From positions 24,428,001-24,492,000 of the forward strand of contig OZ024762.1 in NCBI GenBank assembly GCA_964016885.1: a DNA stretch of 64,000 nt. The letters are read 5' to 3'. Position 1 is the stretch's first letter, and each line of letters opens with the position of its first letter. The DNA comes from Eledone cirrhosa (lineage: Eukaryota). The position numbers and the translations under genes were made by a program. Below are positions 30,491 to 45,116 of this stretch, piece by piece. The notes under the pieces were generated by a model that was not told the DNA's origin, made no database searches, and saw nothing but the letters and a program-made list of their open reading frames with translations.

Positions 30491-31674
30491 ATGATATAGA
30501 AAAAATATTAAAAATAATATACAAACAAATTTAGAAAAGAAATTATACAAAAACAATTTTTTTAAAATTTTGAAATTTTTTTTGTAGTTAAACCTAATAT
30601 TATAAACCCCAACTCTACATCTGATCCCCAGACTCCACATACCCAACCTCCAGACCCCCTCACACCCAACACCCATTAAATTCACTTTGGTTGGGAAAGA
30701 AAGAATAAATAAAATGAAAGGAAATACTTTTTTTTTTTTTTTTTTATAAATAACATGATATGATTCGAAGTAACCTTTTAGAACATAATTCTCTATAACA
30801 GAACCTCTACCCCGACTACCCTCATGCCTTGCACACACTCACACACACACACATGCACATGCAGAGACACACACACACACATGCACATGCAGAGACAGAC
30901 ACACACACATGCTCACCAAGCTCAACCCAACCTGAACCTAACCCAACCTAACCGTAAGAATTTCTTTTAAGAGAGATGGCAAAGAAAAAAAATCAAAGAA
31001 AAAAGATCTGCAAAAACAATACAAACAACTACTGCTACCACCACCACTACCACCACCACCACCACCACCACCACAACAACAACAACAATAAAACGGTAAT
31101 AATCATGATGATAGTAATACTAATAATGAAATAAGAAAAACACACCAAAAGACACCACCACCACTACCACCAACATTACTACCATGTACCCCCATCACAA
31201 CTACCAACTCCACCACTATTAATACTACCACCACCAGCATCTCTACTAACACCACTCACTACTAATACTACCACCACCATCACAACTACCAACACCACTC
31301 ACTACTAATACTACCACCACCAGAATCTCTACTAACACCACCACTACTAATACTACCACCACCACCACCACAACCACAACAACAATAACAACGGTAATAA
31401 TCATGATGATAGTAATACTAATAATGAAATAAGGAAAACACACCAAAAGACAACCACTAGCACCACCACCACCACTAGCACCAACATTGCTACCATGTAC
31501 CACCATCACAACTACCAACACCACCACTACTAATACTACCACCACCATCACAACTACCAACACCACCACTACTAATACTACCACCACCAGCATCTCTACC
31601 AACACCACCACCAGCATCTCCAGCAAGCTATCAACCTACCTCCACCATCACCACTACCATAACAATAATAATAA

Positions 31675-32048
31675 TAATTTCTTATGTAGACTCAAGGATA
31701 GCAATTGTGGGTGGAGGGGAAAGTTGATTATATCGATTCCAGTACATTACTGGTACTTTATTTTATCGACCCTGTAAGGATTAAAGGCAAAGTTAACCCC
31801 AGTGGGATTTCAACCCAGAATGTAAAGGGCTGTAACTTAATGTTGCAAAGCATGTAGTCCTACGCTCTACTGATGCTGCCAATCCAAAGTTGTTTAAATC
31901 GACCCCAGTGTATTACTGGTACTTTATTTTATCGACCCCGTAAGGATGAAAGGCAAAGTTAACCTCAGCGAGATTTGAACTCAGAATGGCAAGGGCCGTA
32001 ACTATGCTGGAAAGCATGGCGTCCGACCCTCTACCGATACTGCCAATA
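31675..32048 (-). mobile_element. Two tandem SINE family B copies
   Basis: ctggtactttattttatcgaccc...ctgccaat occurs twice. Confidence 0.75.
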
Positions 32049-32302
32049 ATTTCTTGTTAGCCACAAGGGGTAACATGAAGCAAAACATTACAGACGGCAC
32101 AGAACGGTACAGGACGATACAAAGTGGGTTTTGGCCGTGTAAAAAGGTTATAACAAGAAAATAGAAATGTGTAAAAACAAATTAAAAATAATAATAATAA
32201 TAATAATCATCATCATCAAGGTTTAGCGTCCGTGTTCCACGCTTGCATGGGTTTGGACGGGGGTTTTCCCACTTGAGGCAAGAGTGGTTGTCTTGCTCGC
32301 AT

Positions 32303-32650
32303 AGGACTGTCTGGCGGGTTTTCTACAGCTGGATGCCCTTCCTAACACCAACCACATTTACAGTGTGGGGCTGGGAAGTTTTTACCGTGTTGCCTACACG
32401 GCCACATTACAGCGTGGACTGTCTGGCGGGTTTTCTACAGCTGGATGCCCTTCCTAACACCAACCACATTTACAGTGTGGGGCTGGGAGGTTTTTACCGT
32501 GTTGCCTACACGGCCACATTACAGCGTGGACTGTCTGACGGGTTTTCTACAGCTGGATGCCCTTCCTAACACCAACCACATTTACAGTGTGGGGCTGGGA
32601 GGTTTTTACCGTGTTGCCTACACGGCCACATTTACAGCGTGGACTGTGTG
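32303..32650. repeat. About 112-bp tandem triplication of a SINE 3' segment
   Basis: ggactgtctggcgggttttctacagctggatgcccttcctaacaccaaccacatttacag three times. Confidence 0.85.
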
Positions 32651-33209
32651 TTTTTTTTGTCGTGACACCTACACGATCTCATTTGTTTCGGCCTGGATGT
32701 TGTGGCACCAACATAACTTCACATTGAAGGGGGTGGTGTGGATGGGGTGGGGGTAGTGGGACGGGGGTGTATTTTGATAGAGATGCCTACTGACTGTAGT
32801 AGGTTTTAAATAATAATAATAATAATTGTTTCTACTTTTGGCACGAGGCCAGCAATTACTCAGTGCATTACTGGTACTTTATTTTATCGACCCCGTAAGG
32901 ATGAAAGGCAAACCACGGGTTGACACAAAGTATAACATTAAGGACATCACAGGACAGTACAAATGGGCATTTCTGCGTGTAAGAAAAAAACAAAAACAGA
33001 GGATGAAACAAAAAAAGAAACAATGGAAAAAAAAAAAAAAAATAATAATAATAATATCTTCAGTGGGGGGGGGAGCAGGGCATTTTTTTCTTTTTTCTGG
33101 GAAGTGCTTGTCTGGAAGAATATTGATAAAAATAGTGGCTAATTGCTTCGAATTTCGAATTACTCCGTGAGAAATCGGAGACTTGCGCATATTTTGTGCT
33201 TTTTCTAAA

Positions 33210-33279
<70 letters not shown>

Positions 33280-33977
33280 TCACACACATACACACACTTG
33301 TTCTCTTTCCCTGTTTCTCTCTTTCTCACACACACATTTCTGCTCTTACTGTTTCTCTCTCTCTCACTCACTCTCTCTCAAGACATGCACGCTCTTTCTC
33401 ACACACACTCTCTCTCTCTCTCACACACATTCACTCTCACTATTTTTCTCTCTTTCACACACACAATCGCTCTCATTCCGTTTCTCTCTCTCTCTCTCTC
33501 TCTAATACACACACACTCTCTCTTTCTCCCACACAAAAAAACTCACACACTCTCTCTCATACCCACAAACACTCTCCCACTGTCTCTTTCTTTCTCCCTT
33601 ATAAACACTCTCTTTTCCTCACTTTCTCTCTCTCTCTATCTCTCTCTCACTTCCTCCAATCTCTCTCCAGTTCCCTCTCTTTTCTCTCTCCCTCACTTCC
33701 CCCTTATAAACACTCACTTTTCCTCCCTCTCAGTCTCCCTCTCTCTCTCAAGATGAAACAAGCATGCAGCAATGCAGTCGATATGTATTAACATTGGATT
33801 ACCTCCCCCTCGTTTATTTTAATTTTATTTTTCTTGGTCTATATATTTTTTTTCCTTCCCTTTTCTGCCAGGTTGTTTGTAGTCTTTTCCATTCCAGCTG
33901 TGCCATTTTTTTATATGATTGTGAGTATGTGTGTGTATGTATGTATGTATGTATGTGTGTGTGTGTGTATGTATGTA

Positions 33978-34008
<31 letters not shown>

Positions 34009-34329
34009 ATGTATGTATGAATGTATGTATGTATGTATGTGTGTGTGTGTGTGTGTGTCTGGGTGTAGGTGTGTGTGTTTGGGTGTATGTGTGTCTGGGT
34101 GTGTGTGTATGTCTGTGTGTGTGTGTGTATGTCTCTGTGTGTGTGTGGCTGTGTGTGTATATATGTGTGTATGCGTGTGTCTGTATTAAATGTTTCTTTT
34201 TTTCTCTCTCTCTCTCACACACTCTCTCTTTCTGTCTCTCTCTCTCCATATATATATATATATATTATGTGTGCATTCCTGTATGTACATTTGTTTGTAT
34301 GTATGTGTGTATGTACATTTATATCTATG

Positions 34330-34380
<51 letters not shown>

Positions 34381-34470
34381 CAGTGACATTTTACAGTGTT
34401 AAAATGTTTGATTTCCAATCTTACATTATGTGATTGTATTGATTTATTAGACACTTATGTAGCAGTGTTG

Positions 34471-34511
<41 letters not shown>

Positions 34512-34547
34512 CCAAAATTGAATCTACTGACCTATTATTTACATTTC

Positions 34548-34595
<48 letters not shown>

Positions 34596-34625
34596 TCATC
34601 ATCATCATCGTTTGTACATATATAT

Positions 34626-34964
34626 GGAGGCACATGGCTTAGTGGTTAGAGCATTGGGCTTGCAATCGAGAGGTTGTGAGTTCAATTCTCAGGCCGGGTG
34701 ATGTGTTGTTTCCTTGAGCAAGACACTTTATTTCACATTGCTCCAGTTTACTCAGCTGTAGAAATGAGATGATAGGGACTGGGGTCCCTATCATTCCACT
34801 GCAAAGTGGTCATGGAGGGGCCACGGCAAAAAAAGCACCCAGCACTCACTGTAAATGAGGTTGGTGTTAGGAAGGGCATCCAGCTGTAGAAATCAAGCCA
34901 GAATCAGTTCCCGTCCCACCCTTGCAAGCAGGTAAAAGTGGACGTAAAATGATGATGATGATGA

Positions 34965-34967
<3 letters not shown>
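34626..34967 (+). mobile_element. SINE family A (full length)
   Basis: Near-identical to 18515-18846; (GAT)n tail. Confidence 0.88.
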
Positions 34968-35037
<70 letters not shown>

Positions 35038-36537
35038 TGCATACATGCATATGTATACCCACACACACATTAATGCATGCAACCTCTCTAAGAACACAGC
35101 TATCAACATCATCATCATCAGCCACAGTATTTAATGTCTGCCTGCCCTACTAGCATGCGTTGGACAGGTTTACATAATCTGTGACAGTACATAGGTGGAG
35201 CTACTGGGAGGTTTACATTTCTCTTCTATTTATGTCCGTGCTCCACTGAATGCCTGATGATACAGGGGCTGAGGGGGACCCCTTCCATGCTGTCTTGCTT
35301 ACATTCATTCCTCCACTCTGCTAAGTGCATTTTATCCTGGCAAGAGCATTAATATCTGATAGAGGGTAGGGTGGGCAAATTCTTAAGTCCTGATAGGCAA
35401 CCATTGTCGTAGTAGGGCTGTTGGCAGGATACAATGCCCACAGGCTATGTATGCTGTAATGTGGTTGTTGGTTGTGAGGGCAGGGTGCCCAGCCAGAAAA
35501 AATAATATGAATTTAACAAAAAAAAACCTTCCAAAAGCACAATTTATCATCAGCATCATTGAAGTTGTCATCATCACCATCATCATCACCATCATTGTAC
35601 AGCCCATGCAGACATGGAAAAAAAGATGAAGATGATGATATTGAAAGTGTGTGTAATTAAAAGTATGTTTTGTTCAACAGCTTAGCCGTTGGGCACAGTT
35701 TCCCTACAATAATATCTCCAGTCTACTTTTCTTAAGTGTACCGTGCGCAGTGGAATATTAGTTTTATTGGCCTTAACTAGTAACATCTTATCTAGACACA
35801 CACATATACAAACAAACAGAAACACATGATGGCTGCCCCCTGGTTATCGAGTATGGCCATTGCACGATATACCATTATTAATAATTATGAACTAAGCCAT
35901 CGTGCAATGGCTGTGCCTGAAGATTTTTTTTAAAGTGAGGAAAGACTGTGCACTGAGCCAATCCCACTCTCTGAGAGACAGTAGCTATAACCTGAAAAGA
36001 AGAAAAGATCAACATCATCGGTAACTACTGAGCTACAGGTTTTATATCGGAGTTATCCCAGTTTCCTGAGTTGCCTTCTCCTAGAATAATGCCCTGACAA
36101 AGGCTAGGGGTCCTTCACTCCCAGTGGTTTAACCGTGCGATTATTTCTATGTCCCCATGCATATATACACATATGTATACACGCATATACATATAAACAT
36201 ATGTACACATTTTTGGATGGCCATTGACAGAAATACATACACACACACACATACATACACATACACACACACATAACACCATTTAAATGCCAGTAATTGC
36301 ACAGTCAGACATTTCTTTTGTCTGTGTATTATAATATAAAATTACACACTCTGTATCCATCTGTATGTGAATGAGTGTATGCGTGTGTAAAGTGTGTGTG
36401 TGTATGAATTTATTGGGATTCAGCATCCATAAACATACATATAGGCATACATAATGTATGTGTATGTGTGTATATAAGCCTCACCCATATATATATACAC
36501 ACACACACACTCGCACATACACACACACACATATATA

Positions 36538-37428
36538 CAAGGTGCGGACGATATTTGTTCGCAAGATTACTGTCTAGGAAAAAATAACACATTAGTTTTA
36601 TCTTTTAAGATATATTTATCAAACTTGGGTCAGTTTGTCTTCATGACTTGTTCTTTCGATCTCACTCGATAAACCCGCCATTGGTTTTGATGACGGCCCC
36701 AAGGCGACCTCGCAACCGGCTACAGGGCTTCGTCACTGTCCCCCGACTTAGGCCCCTAAAAGCACTTGTGATCCTGGCCTTCAGATCGTCTTCATATTGC
36801 AGCTAGATCTGTTGGTGTCTCGTTCCACTGCGCCCCACACAAAGAAGTTGAGGGGGTTGCAGTCAGGCGAGCTGGGAGGCCAGATGTCAGGTGAAGTGTG
36901 GTCGACGAAGTTCTCTGACAGCCAGGCTTGGGTCTTTCGGCTGGCATGGCAGAGCGCTGAGACTTGCTGCCACACATACGGCCTACATGCAGCTACCTGG
37001 TTGATCCAGGGCTTTACTACCTCACTCCGAACGCGGATGTAGCCATTGGTGTTCAGCTTGAGGCCCTCAGGGAAGAAGTGGGGTGGCATGACGTCACCTT
37101 GACTGCTGACGACACCTAAGACCAATGTTGTCGCTGGAAATTTTGTCTGCATCACTCTGGGCACGTCTTTGGATGAGACAGCGAGCAACTTGTGGTTCTG
37201 GGAGTTGATCTTCTGGCCTTATTTGTCCTTCCGGCTCGGATTCCAAGAAGAACTCTGTGTGTCTTCCATAAATTTGGGGGTTCAAAATTACTCATAATCA
37301 ATTATTCTGAAAATAAATAATGGAAATATAGTCACTGTTTTTATGAAGACAAGAGTGACAACGGAAGTGAAAAAAATTTGCATAAAATTAGCAGTTGAAA
37401 ATTGCGAACAAATATCGTCCAGACCCTG
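36538..37428 (-). mobile_element. Tc1/mariner maT (DD37D) element, internally deleted
   Basis: TIRs CAAGGTGCGGACGATATTTGTTCGCAA / TTGCGAACAAATATCGTCCAGACCCTG, flanked by TA. Confidence 0.9.
36640..37200 (-). pseudogene. DD37D transposase catalytic-domain remnant
   Basis: YVWQQ(V)SALCHASRKTQAWL...WPPSSPDCNPL(N)FFVWG; 37 residues separate the 2nd and 3rd catalytic positions, both mutated (D>V, D>N). Confidence 0.85.
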
Positions 37429-37562
37429 TATATACACACACATATATATGCATAATATATGTGTATATATATGAAATATATGAAATATATGAAATATATG
37501 AAATATGAAATATATATGAAATATGAAATATAAGAATCAAAGAACTGTTCAAAACATTATTG

Positions 37563-37609
37563 TGCTTACAGCTGTTTCCTCCAAACCGAGGTTTGGATTC
37601 TTCGGAGCA
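37563..37609 (-). ncRNA. Minimal hammerhead ribozyme motif (U4C core variant)
   Basis: Reverse complement tgct-CCGAAGA-a-tccaaacc-tc-ggtttgga-g-GAAAC-agct-GTA-agca; palindromic ACAGCTGT stem III; GUA triplet. Confidence 0.6.
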
Positions 37610-38275
37610 ATTTATTAATGCATGGACAGTTATATGACCTCCTTTTCAGCCGAGAGACATACCAACACATATTCAAACATTGATACATATTCAAACATTG
37701 TGGGTCAACATTCATTACAGAATTTAGAGTGGCAGTACACACTTCGAGATTACATTTATATTAATAGGTACAATCAAAAATCAAAGATATAGGTTAAAGT
37801 ACAACATGAAGATAAGTGGTTATATAGTGCAAATGTTATATGTGTGGCACGCATGTGCGTCTTGTTTATACAGTGTGGCAGAGAGATATGTGTGGTAGAG
37901 GCACTTAGGTAGGTAAATAAGAGTGTTAGGTTGGTAGATCTGGTGGCAAAGTCTTTATATGATTGATGTAGTCTGTGTGTGGAGAAATATTATAAGCATT
38001 AAAGATAGTGCAAGCATTAAAAGTGTTATAAGTATTGGAGATGCACAGCGCAGGGATGTCAAGTAATTCATGTACTTCGGCATTTTCATGGTCAAGGGAG
38101 TGTATATTTCGATTATATGCCTTTCACATAATCCACGACAATCCAGTTAGAGATCGTAGTCTGGTGTTCTTTAGTTCGATACAGGAGGTTGTTACGTTTC
38201 GAGAAACGCCATTGAATACCGGAAGTGTGTGTGTATATATATAAGTGTGTGTATATATATAAACTTCACACGCAC

Positions 38276-38320
<45 letters not shown>

Positions 38321-38707
38321 TACACATAAATTTATATACACATATACATGCATAATATATGTCTGTGTCTATATAAAAACACACACAGACAGATATATAT
38401 ATATATATATCATCATCATCATCATCATCATCATCTTCATTTAACGTCCATTTTCCACGCTAGCATAGGTTAGACGGTATATATATATATATATATAAAT
38501 AAATACACAGTCACACATAGATATATATATATATATATACTCATACATACATACATATACATATATATATATATCTATAAATATATATATATATATATCT
38601 ATAAATACTCAAACACACATACAAACACACAAACATATATAAAATGAATATATATATATATAGTTCGCAATATAAAAAACAACGTAGGAGTATATATATA
38701 TATATAT

Positions 38708-39046
38708 GGAGGCACATGGCTTAGTGGTTAGAGCACTGGGCTTGCAATTGAAAGGTTGTGAGTTCAATTCTCAGACCGGGTGATGTGTGGTTTCCTTGAG
38801 CAAGACACTTTTTTTCACATTGCTCCAGTTTACTCAGCCGTAGAAATGAGATGATAGGGACTGGGGTCCCTATCATTCCACTGCAAAGTGGTCGTGTAGG
38901 TGCCACGGCAAAAAAGCACCCAGCACTCACTGTAAATGAGGTTGGTGTTAGGAAGGGCATCCAGCTGTAGAAATCAAGCCAGAATCAGTTCCCGTCCCAC
39001 CCTTGCAAGCAGGGAAAAAGTGGACGTAAAATGATGATGATGATGA
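38708..39046 (+). mobile_element. SINE family A (full length)
   Basis: Near-identical to 18515-18846. Confidence 0.88.
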
Positions 39047-39242
39047 TATATATATATATATAAAATACTCACTCATGCACATATACACATTCACACACAC
39101 ACACACGTTTTATAGCGCCCCCTTCCATCCCCTATCTCTAGCATTCTCTATTTCCCACACTTTTCTACACATTTTCGCTTCAACACATTCTATACTCTCT
39201 TTTGAAATGTTGTTATTGTGTGTTCAAATGTCAACCTCTCGT

Positions 39243-39299
<57 letters not shown>

Positions 39300-39628
39300 A
39301 TAGTAAGAATAAGGATGATAGTAATGATAATAATAATAATAATAATAATAATAATAGTAATGATAATAATTGTGTGTATGATTGCTATATAATGAGTTGA
39401 GTGGTGGCTGGCTGGTTGGTTGGTGGAGGGGGTTGGTTCTGGTGTTGAAGTGTGGCTTATTGTTGTCCCACGTGAGTGTGTGTGTGTGTATGTACGTATG
39501 TGAGTGTGAGTGTGTGTGTGTGTCTTGCACACCAGGAGGAGGCCATGGTGTTTGTAAATGTCAGCTGAAGCCCATATGACTAACTAACTAGGGTGAGGTG
39601 AATCATTTCCTCCTACTACTCCTCATTG

Positions 39629-39670
<42 letters not shown>

Positions 39671-39792
39671 TGTGGATCTATCACACACGTGCACACATAT
39701 GCACATACACACACGCTCACACACGTGTGTGTGTGCAAATACTACATAAGCACGTGTATACGTTGATGGGCAGGCTAATGTGTGTGCACATG

Positions 39793-39835
<43 letters not shown>

Positions 39836-40294
39836 GATGAATATATGTATATATTGTATATATATACATATATGTATATATGTATATGATGAATATATAT
39901 TTATATATATATATATATAAATATATATATATATGTATATATTATATATACATATATGTATATATGTATATGATGAATATATATATATATTTATAGATAT
40001 ATATATATAGATATATATATATATATATATATATAAATATATATATGTATATATTATATATATATACATATATGTATATATGTATATGATGAATATATAT
40101 TTATATATATATATATAAATATATATATATATGTATATATATAAATATATATATATATGTATATATTATAAATATATATATATATGTATATATTATATAT
40201 ATATACATATATGTATATATGTATATGATGAATATATATCTATATATATATATATATATAGATAGATAGATAGATATAAATATATATATATGAT

Positions 40295-40398
40295 GAGTTG
40301 GGATCCCGATGGCTGAGCTCCTGCCACTTCAACAGCTGGTTCCGAACCTGGAACTAGCTGTTGAAAAGGCAGGAGCTCAGCTGTTGGGATCCCAACTC
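40295..40398. repeat. Hairpin (about 49-bp arms)
   Basis: gagttgggatccc...ggttcc gaacct ggaact...gggatcccaactc. Confidence 0.88.
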
Positions 40399-40456
40399 TT
40401 TAATGTTACCACATTCTGCTACGCCAAGTATTGAGTACTCTGCATCCATTTTGACA

Positions 40457-40487
<31 letters not shown>

Positions 40488-40528
40488 TGTCCCACCCTTG
40501 CAAGCAGGGTAGAGCGGACGTAAAATGA

Positions 40529-40569
<41 letters not shown>

Positions 40570-41002
40570 TATATACATATATATTAGCTGACGTACCCAG
40601 CTTTGCCTGGGTAAACATATAGAAGACAGGTAGAAAAGAAAACGACTGTTTAGGTAGCAATGTCTGGTTTACAGTATGATGCTCGAGCAAACATAACGAG
40701 CGCTCTATCTCAAAATTATTTTTGAAAAGCATTAGAAATGCGCAACCAGTAAAAACTTAAAACTAAAACTGAATACTAACTAATACTTATTACTAATTTA
40801 TACTTATTCCTAATTAAACTATTTTTCACTGGAAAAAATTTGTCACCATTTTCTTTTCCTTTTACTAATATATATATATATATATATATATAAATAATAT
40901 AATATAAATACATATAAAATATTTACTCGTTGTAACCCAACAATCTTAAATAAAACTTTTGTATATATATATATATATATATACATATATATACATATAT
41001 AC

Positions 41003-41035
<33 letters not shown>

Positions 41036-41044
41036 AATAATATA

Positions 41045-41088
<44 letters not shown>

Positions 41089-41657
41089 ACGGCGATGAAT
41101 TAGTTTTGTGAGGTTTTTGATATGAAATCGTGTGTCGAAACAAATATTGTTATACTTGGGGAGGGTCATATTTGTGTAATATTGCCAGAATTAGTAACAG
41201 AACACACTCACTGTTTGGTTGGTTTTTCGCTTTTCGCTTCTGTGTCTTTTATATCGGTTAATTTAATTTATTCGGTCCTCAGTGTTGCCATTGACTGACC
41301 AATGGTCAAAAATACAGATACAATATAGACACAAACACATATATATAGTCTATCAAAGTTCTTTCGTTGCACATCTGCAACATCGTCAGTGGTGCTATTG
41401 TTTCCTCCCATTGCATCATATGTCTACGCCATCTTTATTTAGTCTGTTTATATATTTATTTATTTGTTTATTTTTTTGTCTTCTTTGCACATGCGTTTGC
41501 GTGAGTGTAAGGTGTTTTGTTTGATGTGTGTTCGTGTTTGGGTGACTGTGTATTGGTTAATGTTTTCTATCTTTACTAGTGTGTGTTTATATGTGTTTGT
41601 TGTTATTGTGCTTGTGTATGTATTTATTTATTTATCTATTTATTTATACTTCTCTTA

Positions 41658-42024
41658 GGTCAGTGTTGTTTGTTTGGGTGTTGTTATTCCATTCATTCTT
41701 TCTGTTTAGGCCTGGCCTTCTAAGTTCTATTTCACTGGCCTCTCTGATTTGCCTATCTGCTGCGTCATTTCTATGTTTAGATATTATTCTAACTTCTATG
41801 TTGTCTATGTTACCGTCGTGTTGTTGACTGGCTTGTTCGTATAGTACATGCCAGACAACAACACGACGGTAACATAGGCAACATAGAAGCTAGAATAATA
41901 TCTAAACATAGAAATGACCCAGCAGATAGGCAAATCAGAGAGGCCAGTGAAATAGAACTTAGAAGGCCAAGGCTAAACAGAAAAAATGAATGGAATAACA
42001 ACACCCAAACAAACAACACTGACC
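41658..42024. repeat. Long palindrome (about 180-bp arms, tiny loop)
   Basis: ggtcagtgttgtttgtttggg...cccaaacaaacaacactgacc; the ORF track shows the same pseudo-peptide on both strands. Confidence 0.95.
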
Positions 42025-42168
42025 AAAAAAGCACCCAGCACACACTGTAAATGAGGTTGGTGTTAGGAAGGGCATCCAGCTGTAGAAATCAAGCCAGAAT
42101 AAGTTCTCGTCCCACCCTTGCAAGCATGGAAAAGTGGATGTAAAATGAAATGATGATGATGATGAATG
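42025..42168 (+). mobile_element. SINE family A 3' fragment abutting the palindrome
   Basis: Matches the family A 3' half. Confidence 0.78.
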
Positions 42169-42443
42169 ATATATATATATATAAGCTTTATCCATCCGTT
42201 GAAAACATGGTGCAGTAGAGGGAGTACAATGTATGTTGTAAATGGAGGCTGGCAGTAGAAGCCTAATAGACGAGACAGTAGACTGCATACATCAATAAAC
42301 TACCCATGAATAAAATATACATACACCTTGTTATATAATATATATGTGTGTGTATGTGTATATATATATATGTAAACTATTGATATTTGTCATCAATACT
42401 CTTCACGACTAACAGCATGTTTTGTTGTTGTTTTTTTTGCATT

Positions 42444-42835
42444 GTCATCATCATCACTGTTTTACGTCCGTTCTTCCACGCTAGCCTGGGTTAGATGGGT
42501 TGTCCTGTTGTGGGCAATGTTAGGTCGGGTGACCTTGTCTTGCTCATACGGGAACTGATTCTGGCTTGATTTCTACAGCTGAATGCCCTTCCTAACACCA
42601 ACCTCATTTACAGTGAGTGCTGGGTGGTTTTTTCCCATGGCGCCTACACGACCACTTTGCAGTGGAATGATAGGGACCCCAGTCCCTATCATCTCATTTC
42701 TACAGTTGAGTAAACTGGAGCAATGTGAAATAAAGTGTCTTGCTCAAGGAAACAACACATTACCCGGTCTGAGAATTGCACTCACAACCTTTCGATTGGA
42801 AGGCCAATGCTCTAACCACTAAGCCATGTGCCTTC
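42444..42835 (-). mobile_element. SINE family A (long-tail variant)
   Basis: Same head and body; tail contains acaacccatctaacccaggctagcgtggaagaacggacgtaaaa. Confidence 0.85.
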
Positions 42836-42896
42836 ACATAGTGTATCAATATTAATAATAATAATAATATAAATATTAATAGTTATAATAGTAATA

Positions 42897-43160
42897 ATGG
42901 TTTCTGATTTAGGCACAAGGCCAACAATTTTAGGGGGAAGGAAAGTTGATTAAATTGACCCCAGTGCATTACTGTTACTTTATTTTATTGACCCATTTTC
43001 ATTCTGAGTTCAAATCCTATTGAGGTTACCTTTGACCTTTGTCTTTCATCCTTACAGGGTCGATAAAATAAAGTACCAGTCAGGCACTGGGGTCGATTTA
43101 ATCAACTTTTCTCTCACCCCAATTTTCTGGCCTTGTGCCTTAATGAGAAACCATAAATAA
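42897..43160. mobile_element. Two oppositely oriented SINE family B fragments forming an inverted repeat
   Basis: tggtttctgatttaggcacaaggcc...ggccttgtgccttaatgagaaacca. Confidence 0.7.
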
Positions 43161-43237
43161 TCTGGTGTTTGGAACGTAACCTCACAGAGATGCTGCCATG
43201 AAATTATGAGGAAATGTTTAAAGATAAATATAAACAC

Positions 43238-43645
43238 TTTAACCCTTTAGCATTTAAACTGGGCCATATCCGGCCAGAATTCTCCTACCTCTTTCTATTC
43301 TAACTGGCCACTCATACTGATGTTAACCCTTTAGCATTTAAACTGGGCCGTATCTGGCCAGAATTCCCCCACCTCTTTTTGTTCAAACTGGCTGTAACCG
43401 GCCACTTATACTGACGTTAACCCTTTATTGTTTAAACTGGGCTGTATTCAACCAGAATTCTCTCACCTCTTTCAGTACAAACTGACCATAACTGGCCACT
43501 CATACTTATGTTAAGGTATTGTTTTCAAAATAAATATCAAAATCTCGTAGATGTGATATTATGTGAGATAATTATGTGAGGTAAAGCCTTTACCATGAAA
43601 ATATAGTAGTAAATATAGAGTAATGTATATGTTAAAAGGTTAAAC
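43238..43645 (+). mobile_element. piggyBac MITE with triplicated left end
   Basis: ttaaccctttagcatttaaactgggcc-like start three times, then body and degenerate right TIR. Confidence 0.8.
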
Positions 43646-45074
43646 TTATCATTATTGTATTTCTAATGAAAAGCACAGCCTAGGATTTTCAAATTATTTG
43701 GTAAGCAATCAAAAATTTGGAGGGATTTAATAATATAACTAACTTTCTCATTATAATGAGATATGTTACACAGTGTTTGTGATTGGAACATACATTTTTA
43801 TACATAAAATCATAGTGGATAAATATAAACACTTTGAAATAAAATGGTTTCTCTTGAGTTTCCAGGTGTAGTTTTAATATAAAAAATGTTAATGTATAAA
43901 ATACATAAGTGGTTGAGTATTCCACAGAAACTTATAGTTTTTCTTTCTTCTTCTGGAAATATTTTTTTAAATACTTCTCAATAAAATCTACCATCTTGAA
44001 AAGATTTCTATCAGTTCTCTATATAATTGTAAATTTTACCCAGCTGGTTTTATAAATTCTATAAATTTCATAAATTTTATGTAGTTTGGTTTTATAAATT
44101 CTATAAATTTTATAAATTTTATGCAGTTTGGTTTTATAAATTTTATGCAGTTGGTTTTATAAAATTTTTTTTAGTTTTTCTAACCTATATGGTTTCATGC
44201 ATCTTTTGTGCAACATTATATATATTGTGTCGTTTTGTAGTAATATATATATATTGTGTATTTTTTAATGAAATGTATGTAATCTCATACGTAAGCAGTT
44301 TTAAACATTTTATGTAGTGTCTTATATTTTATGCAGTCTTCTATATCTTGTCGTTTTTATAGATTTTGTGCAGTTTCGTATATTTTTGTGGTTTTATGTA
44401 TTTTGTGCAGTTTCATAGGTTTTGTGCTGTTTTGTATATTTTTGTAGTTTTATGTATTTTGTGCAGTTTCATATATTATCTGTGATTCTGTATATTATAT
44501 ACAGTTTCATATATTTTGTGCAGTTTCATATATATATATTGTGTGTTTTTATAGATTTTGTGTGGTTTTATAGAATGTGTGTGGTTTTTGTATATTTTAT
44601 AAAGATTTATAACTTTTGTATAATTTTATTTAATATATTTTGTTGTTCATTTTATCAAATTGTAGCTAAATACACATTTATTAGAATGTAAAACATGTAG
44701 TTATGAATATATTACCACACAAACCCACACACATGTATGAATGTACACACACACACACACACACATAAACCCAGTTACAGTTATGCATCGCATTAACAGG
44801 AAACTAAAGACATAACATTTACAAAGTACACGCACACACTCACAAACACACCCACACACCCACACACTTAGACATAACATTTACAAAGTACACGCACACA
44901 CTCACAAACACACCCACACACCCAAATACTTAGACATAACCACTCATGCACACGCACATACACAGAAACAAAAGACTCATACTCACACCAGCACACACAA
45001 ACACACACCCACAAAAACACAAATACAAACACCACACCCATGCACAACCACACACCAATATACAATTTATGTTT

Positions 45075-45116
<42 letters not shown>

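Noticed and set aside
30925-30957. Telomere-like aaccct repeats
   Set aside because: Too short and degenerate
40583-40620. Helentron-like end (ttagctgacgtacccagctttgcctgggta)
   Set aside because: Only one short hairpin; the other end was not identified
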